Part shown: in pieces, positions 1 to 7,887 of the stretch | Numbering within the stretch: the first letter of the stretch is position 1 | Layout of the letters: each line of letters opens with the position of its first letter | Assembly (NCBI GenBank): GCA_017642585.1 | Contig: JAGCOR010000025.1 | Coordinates: 19,537-83,536 of the forward strand | Reading direction: 5' to 3' | Origin: Alphaproteobacteria bacterium | GTDB taxonomy: Bacteria > Pseudomonadota > Alphaproteobacteria > Rs-D84 | Length of the DNA: 64,000 bases | The notes under the pieces: generated by a model | Seen by the model: the letters and a program-made list of their open reading frames with translations, nothing else | What the model was told of the DNA's origin: nothing | Databases searched by the model: none | Position numbers and translations under genes: made by a program

Positions 1-465
1 AATGCTAAATCTAATGCTGGGGCAAATGGGTTAATGCAGATTATGCCCAGCACAGCCAAGAAAGTGGCACGTAAAAACGATGTTAAATTATCTGATATAG
101 ATATGTCGAATCCTGAACATAATATGTTTTTGGGACAACAATACATTGTTGATTTGTTATCTCATCAAATGATTCAAAATAATATTATTAAAATGTTGGT
201 TGCCTATAATGCGGGTATGGGTAATTTGGTTAAATTTGAAAAAAGTTTTAATACATCTGATCCGTTGTTATATATCGAAAGTTTTCCTGCGTATGAAACC
301 AGAAATTATATAAAACGCGTTATGTCTAATTTGTGGTTGTATCGTGCAAGATTAAATCAACCATTGACCGCTTTGAAAGAATTGGCAGATGGACATTGGC
401 CATATTACAACAGCGAAGATGAATATGTACAAAGTCAAATGTTTAACAGAGATATGTCTTTGTAA
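1..465 (+). CDS. Lytic murein transglycosylase (SLT domain), C-terminal part; 5' end lies outside the window
   Basis: Frame 1 is open from base 1 (NAKSNAGANGLMQIMPSTAKK...). SLT-domain motifs GLMQIMP and AYNAG are present. Stop at 463-465. Confidence 0.75.
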   Translation, partial: NAKSNAGANGLMQIMPSTAKKVARKNDVKLSDIDMSNPEHNMFLGQQYIVDLLSHQMIQNNIIKMLVAYNAGMGNLVKFEKSFNTSDPLLYIESFPAYETRNYIKRVMSNLWLYRARLNQPLTALKELADGHWPYYNSEDEYVQSQMFNRDMSL

Positions 466-482
466 ATTTTGGTGATGGGTTA

Positions 483-1103
483 ATGCGCAGTATTCCTGAT
501 TTTTGTATTGAAAAAGATTGTGGACATAAAATTGTAGTTGGTGTTGACGAAGCAGGGCGGGGGCCGTTATGTGGGCCTGTGGTTGCAGGGGCTGTGGTTT
601 TCAAAAAATATGATTTTAATGATATGCCAATAATTTCTGATTCAAAACAGATGAATGAAAAACAACGCGAAATCGCATATGATTGGATTACAAATAATCC
701 AGATATAATTTGGGCGGTTGGTCAATGTAGTGCGGTTGAAATAGATGAAATGAATATTTTACGTGCATCTTTGACGGCTATGAAACGTGCGATTGCAAAG
801 TTAGATATTGTTCCTGAATATTGTTTGGTTGACGGAAATAAAATGATTGATTCTATGTCGGGTCAGGCAGTTGTCAAAGGTGATTCTAAATCTATGTCGA
901 TTGCGGCCGCTTCCATTATCGCCAAAGTAACCCGGGACAGAATCATGCACGAATTGGCAATTCAATTTCCGCAATATGCATGGGATAAAAATGCGGGTTA
1001 CCCAACCAAACAACATTTGCAGGCTATAGAAAAATATGGAATAAATGAACATTACAGAAAAACTTATGGACCTGTGAAAAAATGCATGGGCAATAAAGAT
1101 TGA
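483..1103 (+). CDS. rnhB: Ribonuclease HII
   Basis: VGVDEAGRGPLCGPVVAGAV metal-binding motif near the N-terminus. The ~200 aa length and the DSK...IAAASI.AK region are typical of RNase HII. Confidence 0.9.
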   Translation: MRSIPDFCIEKDCGHKIVVGVDEAGRGPLCGPVVAGAVVFKKYDFNDMPIISDSKQMNEKQREIAYDWITNNPDIIWAVGQCSAVEIDEMNILRASLTAMKRAIAKLDIVPEYCLVDGNKMIDSMSGQAVVKGDSKSMSIAAASIIAKVTRDRIMHELAIQFPQYAWDKNAGYPTKQHLQAIEKYGINEHYRKTYGPVKKCMGNKD

Positions 1104-1203
1104 TATTCGTTTTATCTTGATTTATAGCTGTTTATATTGTACCTTGGTTATTGAACAAAAGGGGAGAAATACGGAGAGGATACAACCATAAAAGGGTGCC
1201 CCT

Positions 1204-1779
1204 ATGTATCTTGAACAGAAAGTTATATTTAATTTCAACACTAAAGAATTTTATGACAGATATTCATTGAACGGACATTATGCCGGGGGGCTGGAATCGT
1301 ATGGAACTGTGCATAACGAACCAGAATTTCGTAAAATGCTTGCGAATTTGATTAACGCAGCAAACAAAAGTTTGAACAAAGTTACATATAAAATAGATTT
1401 GGCACGCAAAGTTTTGATTGCTGATACATTAGATTTGCAAAAACATCATAATGAAGGTTTTGACGATAAACCGATGTCTGTGATTTTATCTACGACAGGC
1501 AAATTATTGCGTATTAAAGATATTGAACCTTTGTTAAAACAAAAATTCCCGAATTTCCATTTTGATAATCCTGAAAAATTGGCACCAGACACCCCCATTT
1601 ATTTGGAATCTTTTGACGGACGTAATGTAAAATACAAAGTGTTAAGTACTGACAGTTTGGAATTAAAAGGCATTTGTGTTATAGATAAAGATTTAAATGA
1701 ATTATGGCCAAATGCTACGGGGAAACCATCTGCGCCAATTGTTAATTATTTATCGCAAACAACTGAAAAAGTTCACTAA
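1204..1779 (+). CDS. Hypothetical protein (191 aa)
   Basis: Uninterrupted ORF in an otherwise gene-free interval, co-directional with its neighbours. No motif recognised. Confidence 0.45.
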   Translation: MYLEQKVIFNFNTKEFYDRYSLNGHYAGGLESYGTVHNEPEFRKMLANLINAANKSLNKVTYKIDLARKVLIADTLDLQKHHNEGFDDKPMSVILSTTGKLLRIKDIEPLLKQKFPNFHFDNPEKLAPDTPIYLESFDGRNVKYKVLSTDSLELKGICVIDKDLNELWPNATGKPSAPIVNYLSQTTEKVH

Positions 1780-1857
1780 GCGATTTTATGAAATAAATCG
1801 TCTGGTTTTCACAAAATATATGATATACTTTGTATAATGAAACAAGGAAGGGTCAGT

Positions 1858-3024
1858 ATGCAAATTCATGATTTGAAAAATGTTGATGTGCGTGGCAAAT
1901 ATGTTTTGTTGCGTGATGATTTTAATGTGCAAATTGTTGATGGTGTTATCCAAGATACTTTTCGCATAGATTCGTCTATGCCGACAATTAAACATTTAAC
2001 AGCAAATGGCGCGCGCGTTGTAATTTGTTCACATCTGGGACGTCCAAAGGGCAAAGTTGTGCCTGAAATGTCTTTGCGTGTTGTTGCAGAATATATGAAC
2101 ATCCCTTTTGTTGAAGATTGTTTGGCAAAAGAGTTTTTATTAGATATGCATGACGGTGATGTGGTGTTAATGGAAAATCTGCGTTTCCATATTGGCGAAG
2201 AAGAAAACGATATTGAATTTGCAAAAAAATTAGCATCTGGTTTTGATTTGTATGTTAATGATGCATTTGCTGTATCGCACCGTGCCGCTGCCAGTGTTGT
2301 TGGGGTAACTAAATTTTTACCGTCTTTTGCGGGCAATTTGTTAATCAAAGAAATTGAAAATTTATCGCATATTATGGAAAATCCTAAACATCCATTGGTT
2401 TTATTTTTGGGCGGATCCAAAGTTTCAACTAAAATGGGTGTGTTGAAAAAATTTGTTCAAATCGCAGACAAGATAGTTATTGGGGGTGCATTGGGAACGA
2501 CTTTTAATTTCGCAGACGGTTTGCCAGTTGGAAATTCTTTGTATGAAGAATCTATGGCAGATTTCGCAACGGAAATTATGCGCACTGCGGATGAAAATGG
2601 TTGCGAAATATATCTGCCGTTGGACAAGGGGGTTGGCAAAGAATTTGCTAAAGATGCAGTTCGTGAAAATCGTGATGTAACCGAAATCAAAGATGATGAT
2701 GTTATAATTGATGATGGTGAAAAAACCGCTAAACGTAATGTTGAATTATTGCAAAATGTCAAAACTGTGGTTTGGAACGGGACATTTGGCATGGCAGAAT
2801 GGGGCGATGTTTGGGGATATTCTTCGTTCAAATTGGCACGTGCGTTGGGCGAATTAACCAAGGCCGGCGAAATAGAAACCTTTGTCGGTGGTGGTGATAC
2901 GGTTGCTGCGTTGGATGCCTGTGGGGTTCATGACGATATGACCTATGTTTCGACTGGTGGCGGTGCGTTTTTGGAGTTTATCGAAGGCAAAGAATTGCCT
3001 GGTATCAAAGCGCTGATTAAATAA
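1858..3024 (+). CDS. pgk: Phosphoglycerate kinase
   Basis: Motifs RDDFNV, SHLGRPKG and C-terminal STGGGAFLEFIEGKELPG. Start moved from 1837 to ATG 1858, which has AAGGAAG 7 nt upstream. Confidence 0.9.
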   Translation: MQIHDLKNVDVRGKYVLLRDDFNVQIVDGVIQDTFRIDSSMPTIKHLTANGARVVICSHLGRPKGKVVPEMSLRVVAEYMNIPFVEDCLAKEFLLDMHDGDVVLMENLRFHIGEEENDIEFAKKLASGFDLYVNDAFAVSHRAAASVVGVTKFLPSFAGNLLIKEIENLSHIMENPKHPLVLFLGGSKVSTKMGVLKKFVQIADKIVIGGALGTTFNFADGLPVGNSLYEESMADFATEIMRTADENGCEIYLPLDKGVGKEFAKDAVRENRDVTEIKDDDVIIDDGEKTAKRNVELLQNVKTVVWNGTFGMAEWGDVWGYSSFKLARALGELTKAGEIETFVGGGDTVAALDACGVHDDMTYVSTGGGAFLEFIEGKELPGIKALIK

Positions 3025-3077
3025 TTTTGATTTGTGGCTTGCAAAATTAGAAAAAAAGCCTATTTATACACTATAAA

Positions 3078-3107
3078 TTGGCGAATCGGCTTGTTTTGTG
3101 TTATAAT
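3078..3107 (+). promoter_or_regulatory. Candidate sigma70 promoter for clpP-clpX (TTGGCG, 18 nt spacer, TGtTATAAT extended -10)
   Basis: TTGGCG at 3078-3083 and TGTTATAAT at 3099-3107, about 25 nt upstream of ATG 3132. Pattern match only. Confidence 0.35.
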
Positions 3108-3131
3108 TTATTGAAAAAAAAGGATTTATAT

Positions 3132-3713
3132 ATGTCACTTGTTCCTGTTGTTATAGAAGAATCACCACGCGGTGAACGTTCTTTTGATATTTATTCACGT
3201 TTGTTGCGCGACAGAATTGTTATGGTTACAGGCCCAATTGAAACGGGTATGGCTAATACGATTGTTGCACAATTGTTGTTTTTGGAATCTGAAAATCCAA
3301 ATGCCGATATTTCTTTGTATATCAATTCTGGTGGTGGCGATGTCAGCGCTGGTTGGGCAATCATGGATACAATGCGTTACATTAAACCAAATGTTTCTAC
3401 GATTGGTATGGGGTTGGTTGCATCTATGGCTTCTATGATATTGGCTGCCGGGGAAAAGGGTAAACGTTTTGCGTTACCAAATACCCAGATTATGATTCAT
3501 CAACCATCTGCTGGGACAGAAGGTAAAGTTACTGATATGGAAATTTATTTGAAGGAAGTTCAACGCAATAAAAAAACATTGATTCAACAAATGGTTGAAT
3601 TCACAGGTCGCAAAGAAAAAGAAGTTTTTGATGCGATGGAACGTGATAATTGGATGCAACCAGAAGAAGCCAAGAAATTTGGAATAATTGATAACGTTTT
3701 AATTCGTAAATAA
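3132..3713 (+). CDS. clpP: ATP-dependent Clp protease proteolytic subunit
   Basis: ERSFDIYSRLL, catalytic-Ser region GLVASMAS and His region IMIHQPS. Start set at ATG 3132 (AAAAGGA upstream). The 3078 extension overlaps the candidate promoter. Confidence 0.9.
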   Translation: MSLVPVVIEESPRGERSFDIYSRLLRDRIVMVTGPIETGMANTIVAQLLFLESENPNADISLYINSGGGDVSAGWAIMDTMRYIKPNVSTIGMGLVASMASMILAAGEKGKRFALPNTQIMIHQPSAGTEGKVTDMEIYLKEVQRNKKTLIQQMVEFTGRKEKEVFDAMERDNWMQPEEAKKFGIIDNVLIRK

Positions 3714-3737
3714 TTTTGATAATCCAAGGTTATAAAA

Positions 3738-5000
3738 ATGAGCGACGATAAAACACAGAACACCCCAGAAAATCCACAGCAGTTTTGCAGTTTTTGTGGT
3801 AAATCTGTATATGAAGTAAAAAAATTAGTCAGTGGACGCAATGTTTGCATTTGTGATGAATGTATTAATTTGTGCAATGATATCATGGCAGATGATAAAA
3901 AAACACAGGTTAATCATGATTCTGCAAAATTGCCGACCCCATCTCAGATTTATAAATTCTTGAACGATTATGTTATAGGTCAAGACGAAGCAAAACGCAC
4001 TTTGTCTGTGGCTGTGTATAACCATTATAAACGCAACAGCGCATCAATTGCATCAAATGTAGAAATCCAAAAATCTAATATTTTGATGATTGGTTCTACT
4101 GGAACTGGTAAAACTTTGTTTGCACAAACTTTGGCGCGTGTTTTGGATGTTCCTTTTGCGATTGCAGACGCGACAACTTTGACCGAAGCGGGCTATGTTG
4201 GAGATGACGTTGAATCTGTGTTGACGCGTTTATTACAAAATGCGAATTTTGATGTTGAACGCGCACAAAAGGGAATTATTTACATTGATGAAATAGATAA
4301 GATTTCAAGAAAATCTGAAAATCCATCTTTAACACGTGATGTTTCTGGCGAAGGTGTGCAACAAGCATTGTTGAAACTGATAGAAGGCACAGTTGCAAAT
4401 GTTCCTGCGGGTGGCGGTGGACGTAAACATCCTGGGGAAACAACCGTTCAATTAGATACCAGCAAGATTTTATTCATCTGTGGCGGTGCGTTTGATGGGT
4501 TAAATAAAATTATTGCGTCCAGAACAGCTGACCGTGCGGGTATAGGTTTCGGAGCAGAAGTTTCAGGTAAAAAAGAACGCGAAGAAAAAAATCATTTGGC
4601 AGATGTTCAATCTGCTGATTTGGTGCGGTTTGGAATTATTCCTGAATTGATTGGTCGTTTGCCAATTGTCACAACTTTGAATCCTTTGGATGAAGATGCG
4701 TTGGTTAAAATTTTGACAGAACCGAAAAACGCGATTGTAAAACAATATTCGGCTATGTTGGAAATGGATGGAATAAAATTAAATGTTACCAAAGATGGTT
4801 TGCGCGCGATTGCAAAAATGGCGGTTGAACGTAAAACAGGTGCGCGCGGATTGCGTTCAATTTTGGAAAAGATTTTATTACAGCCTATGTTTGAAGCCCC
4901 AGATAAACAGGGCTTACAAGAAATTGTTATAGATGCAGATGTTGTAAACGGCAAGAAAGCGCCAGTTGAAATATTTGCAGAAAACAAAAAAGCAGCTTAA
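3738..5000 (+). CDS. clpX: ATP-dependent Clp protease ATP-binding subunit ClpX
   Basis: N-terminal zinc ribbon CSFCGK...CICDEC, Walker A GSTGTGKT and IIYIDEIDK. Lies immediately downstream of clpP. Confidence 0.95.
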   Translation: MSDDKTQNTPENPQQFCSFCGKSVYEVKKLVSGRNVCICDECINLCNDIMADDKKTQVNHDSAKLPTPSQIYKFLNDYVIGQDEAKRTLSVAVYNHYKRNSASIASNVEIQKSNILMIGSTGTGKTLFAQTLARVLDVPFAIADATTLTEAGYVGDDVESVLTRLLQNANFDVERAQKGIIYIDEIDKISRKSENPSLTRDVSGEGVQQALLKLIEGTVANVPAGGGGRKHPGETTVQLDTSKILFICGGAFDGLNKIIASRTADRAGIGFGAEVSGKKEREEKNHLADVQSADLVRFGIIPELIGRLPIVTTLNPLDEDALVKILTEPKNAIVKQYSAMLEMDGIKLNVTKDGLRAIAKMAVERKTGARGLRSILEKILLQPMFEAPDKQGLQEIVIDADVVNGKKAPVEIFAENKKAA

Positions 5001-5026
5001 AAAAACAAATTGTTTAAATAAATAAA

Positions 5027-5050
5027 AAAGCCCGATATAATTCGGGCTTT
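5027..5050. terminator. Bidirectional rho-independent terminator between convergent clpX and ORF 5054-7405
   Basis: AAAGCCCGA-tataat-TCGGGCTTT, a 9-bp stem, with an A-run upstream and a T-run downstream. Confidence 0.6.
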
Positions 5051-5053
5051 CTT

Positions 5054-7405
5054 TTATTGGTTTGTACAATATCCCCACAATTTATTTGCACCTGTGGTTG
5101 AATAGAATTCTGGCATCAATTCATCACCAGTTGAATCATGACGACCATCACCATTATCATCTTTCCATGGAATATCAACCCATTTTCCTTCCAGATTTAT
5201 ACATTCTTTGGATAATTCTACCATTAATGCAGATTGAACTTTTCTCATAGCGGTATCCACATCACCCAATACAGATTCTGGTAATATATTTGTTTCTGTG
5301 GATGGTCTGATACAATTTTGTAAAGCATATCTGACCAATTGTTGATATAAACTGCCTATGTAATCAACGCCACATGCTACATATAAATCTTGGTCTGCGC
5401 TGATAGGTTTGCTTGTTCCGCCCATGCACGTAAACCCAGTAGGGCATAAACGACATTCATTTGCTACGTTTGGACAGAAATTTTGATCCTGTTCAAAATC
5501 TTCCTGTTGGGAATATCCGCAAGTTGCGTATAAACTGTTATCATTATGATAAAGATAATAATTGAAAGAACATGTTGTATAATGTTTTATACCTGTTGTG
5601 CAAACATAATCGGCACTCTGGGCGCTTTCTGTTTTTGTAACCAAAATGTTTGATCTGGAGAAAGGATTTGTCAAAGTTATATTACATGTTTCAACACGTG
5701 CATATCTGGATTCGCCGGGTGCGTATGCACGACATCCGTATGGGTATGAATGCAGTGAATCTTTTGTTGATACTGAACAAACATCTTGTAAGAAATCATC
5801 CAAAAGGTCAGGGCAGGTTTGTGCGATTGTTTGATCTGTGATATTGGCCATTGTGTTAACCAATAAATATAAACCATCTGTACCGCCACCATACAAATTA
5901 CTGCAAGTGTTTAATTTATCTGCACACATATCTTCGGATACTTCTAAAATCTGTCCCAATGATATTTCTGATGAATTATCAGAAAAGACTTTTAAATCAT
6001 CGGTTTTTTGTAAATAACATTTGTTAACTACATCCAGACATTCATTTTTTACATTATGAACGCGTTGTTTTTGTCTTTGGCTGATTTCCACCAACGCTTG
6101 ACGTAAAAATTCATCCCATACGGCATCTGCATCGTCGACACATAAATCCAAAGACTGATTTGCAAATTCACGTTTTTTATTTAATATCGCTACATATGGT
6201 GTGTTTTGTGCATTTCTTAAAATATCACCAGACAAAGAAATTTGATTTTCCAGCTCATAAAAATTTACAGAATAAATTGGTTCCCCAGTGGATATATTTA
6301 AATAACGTCCTGTAACATCCAGACAGTGAACATAATCTTCGCCACATGCATGTGATGCAGTTAAATCTTTTCTGACACTGGCGATACAATCATTTAATGA
6401 TAAAGAATTGTGTGCGTTATAATTGTCCAATCTGGCATCTTGCATTTTATATCTGGTTGAACGAATTGCTGCGTTGGCACTGGTCATCTTGGCATCAATG
6501 TTGCTGGCCAATAAAGAACAATCGTTTTCAATATACATACCATAAGCCGATGCAATCATTTTTATATCGGTTTCAGCACAATCTTGTGCAACCAGGGCAG
6601 AACACTGTGCGTTAACTGCATTATACAAAGATTCACCTGTCATGTTCGCAATATCTGTGCCACTGATTAAATCAGTGGTTGACCAAATAGATTTCAGTTC
6701 GCTTTTATATTTGTTATTTGATGTGTATTGTTGTTTTGAATCATTTAACACAGCAGATATATTGTTCAAAGTTTTTGCACTGGCAGAAGTATCTTTCTTT
6801 ATACTGGCTTCGCCTTCGCTGGCGGTTTGCATAGATTTTACTTCAGCAGAGGTTTTTGAAATTGCGTCTATATTGAAATCTTGGAAATTTTGCAGGTTAG
6901 TAGCAGTTTGAGATAATAACTGTTCTTTGCTTTGAATATTTTTTAACTGGCTGGAACAAACGCAACGACGATATGTTTCGTTTTGTGTTGCGCAAAATTG
7001 ATCCATACATGTGAAATAAGAATCACGACATGTTGTATAATTATCGCCAAAAGTTTTTGTGGCAGTTGTTACAGCTGCGCGTGAAGCGCGTTTTTGTTTT
7101 TGTGCGGAACGGACAGTAGTTGCACTGCGCGTTGTATTTGGACGTGACGTAATAATTTTTTTTGCCGTGTTGCGTGCAGTCGTTTTACGTGTTGCAACTT
7201 TCTTGGTTGAATTATTATTTGTTGTTGCGTTGCGTGTTGTGGTTGAACGGCTGGCACTTACAGATTTTGTGTTTGAAAAATTACGCGTAGAAACATTGGT
7301 TGTGTCGGGTCTGGATATTGTATTTTGATTACGCACAGCAGCATTGGCATTACCAATGCAAAACAAAACAGCAAGAAAAATTGTATAAATTTTTCTCAAT
7401 CCCAT
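5054..7405 (-). CDS. Secreted cysteine-rich protein, family member A (783 aa); no recognisable characterised homolog
   Basis: Signal peptide MGLRKIYTIFLAVLFCIGNANA. Basic T/R/N/A low-complexity region (aa ~31-118). Family signature CRDSYFTCMDQFCATQNETYRRCVCS. Many further Cys blocks are collinear with ORFs 7888-10083 and 10105-12759. Confidence 0.75.
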   Translation of the reverse strand: MGLRKIYTIFLAVLFCIGNANAAVRNQNTISRPDTTNVSTRNFSNTKSVSASRSTTTRNATTNNNSTKKVATRKTTARNTAKKIITSRPNTTRSATTVRSAQKQKRASRAAVTTATKTFGDNYTTCRDSYFTCMDQFCATQNETYRRCVCSSQLKNIQSKEQLLSQTATNLQNFQDFNIDAISKTSAEVKSMQTASEGEASIKKDTSASAKTLNNISAVLNDSKQQYTSNNKYKSELKSIWSTTDLISGTDIANMTGESLYNAVNAQCSALVAQDCAETDIKMIASAYGMYIENDCSLLASNIDAKMTSANAAIRSTRYKMQDARLDNYNAHNSLSLNDCIASVRKDLTASHACGEDYVHCLDVTGRYLNISTGEPIYSVNFYELENQISLSGDILRNAQNTPYVAILNKKREFANQSLDLCVDDADAVWDEFLRQALVEISQRQKQRVHNVKNECLDVVNKCYLQKTDDLKVFSDNSSEISLGQILEVSEDMCADKLNTCSNLYGGGTDGLYLLVNTMANITDQTIAQTCPDLLDDFLQDVCSVSTKDSLHSYPYGCRAYAPGESRYARVETCNITLTNPFSRSNILVTKTESAQSADYVCTTGIKHYTTCSFNYYLYHNDNSLYATCGYSQQEDFEQDQNFCPNVANECRLCPTGFTCMGGTSKPISADQDLYVACGVDYIGSLYQQLVRYALQNCIRPSTETNILPESVLGDVDTAMRKVQSALMVELSKECINLEGKWVDIPWKDDNGDGRHDSTGDELMPEFYSTTGANKLWGYCTNQ
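6950..7030 (-). other. Family signature motif, member A (C-x2-Y-x2-CMD-x-FC-x9-C-x-CS)
   Basis: Translation CRDSYFTCMDQFCATQNETYRRCVCS at aa 126-152. Confidence 0.8.
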
Positions 7406-7470
7406 CCTTTACTTTTTAATAATAATATCAAAAACAGAGTATTTTAGGCAAGGGTATTTTGCAATATATA

Positions 7471-7497
7471 AAAAAAATTCCACATGAAGTGGAATTT
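7471..7497 (-). terminator. Rho-independent terminator of infA
   Basis: AATTCCAC-atgaa-GTGGAATT hairpin directly after the infA stop, followed on the minus strand by a T-run. Confidence 0.6.
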
Positions 7498-7749
7498 TTA
7501 ATTTTGAGAACTTTGTTCATTGGTCGCATGTGTGCGTTCTACGAATGTTATACGACCTTTGTCTAAATCATATGGGGTCATTTCAACATGCACCTTTTCA
7601 CCAGTGTTAACCCATATTCTTGCTTTTCTCATTTTTCCGCACATAGTAGCCAAAATCATATGACCGTTTTCAAGACGAACACGGAACATTGTATTTGGCA
7701 ATCTTTCTTCGACTGTGCCGGAAAAAACAATAACATCATCTTTTGCCAT
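7498..7749 (-). CDS. infA: Translation initiation factor IF-1
   Basis: [30 protein letters not shown]...RITF is the typical IF-1 S1-fold sequence. It carries a slightly extended C-terminus. Confidence 0.9.
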   Translation of the reverse strand: MAKDDVIVFSGTVEERLPNTMFRVRLENGHMILATMCGKMRKARIWVNTGEKVHVEMTPYDLDKGRITFVERTHATNEQSSQN

Positions 7750-7830
7750 AAATAAAATCCCTTGTTTGATTTTGTTCCGTTTAATAATATTCGCACGATG
7801 CTAAAATTGCAAGAAGTTTTTATATTACGC

Positions 7831-7859
7831 TTGCAATAGATTTCCTTTTTTGATAAAAT
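7831..7859 (+). promoter_or_regulatory. Candidate promoter of the cysteine-rich B-C operon (TTGCAA, 17 nt spacer, TGaTAAAAT)
   Basis: TTGCAA at 7831-7836 and an extended -10 TGATAAAAT at 7851-7859. The -35 is half of an inverted repeat, ATTGCAAG (7806-7813) / CTTGCAAT (7830-7837). Confidence 0.4.
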
Positions 7860-7887
7860 ATTCAAGAAAGAGTGTAGGGATAATAAT

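Noticed and set aside
801-2861. Antisense and alternative-frame ORFs inside rnhB and pgk (801-1052, 1866-2420, 1988-2236, 2457-2861, 2480-2680).
   Set aside because: They lie wholly within genes whose products carry unmistakable family motifs. Their translations are low-complexity with no motifs and no RBS. The same reasoning applies to shadow ORFs inside clpP/clpX, PFOR, groEL, ftsH, eno, the autotransporter and others.
3078-3131. N-terminal extensions given by the ORF track. Affected genes are clpP (3078), pgk (1837), the BOF protein (12803), the autotransporter (33439), DUF374 (39667), the MBL hydrolase (46327), prmC (47902), the M23 peptidase (47795), the OmpA lipoprotein (55937), rho (57867) and the second APH paralog (32636).
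   Set aside because: Internal ATGs have better RBSs, give the family-typical N-termini or signal peptides, and avoid overlap with upstream genes or promoters. The extensions encode implausible hydrophobic or aromatic peptides.
7059-7328. 89-aa plus-strand ORF (and 60149-60466 plus strand) opposite the basic low-complexity leaders of members A and D.
   Set aside because: The V/A/R/F-rich translation is simply the complement of the T/R/A/N codon repeats. There is no start context, and the ORFs sit entirely inside better-supported genes.
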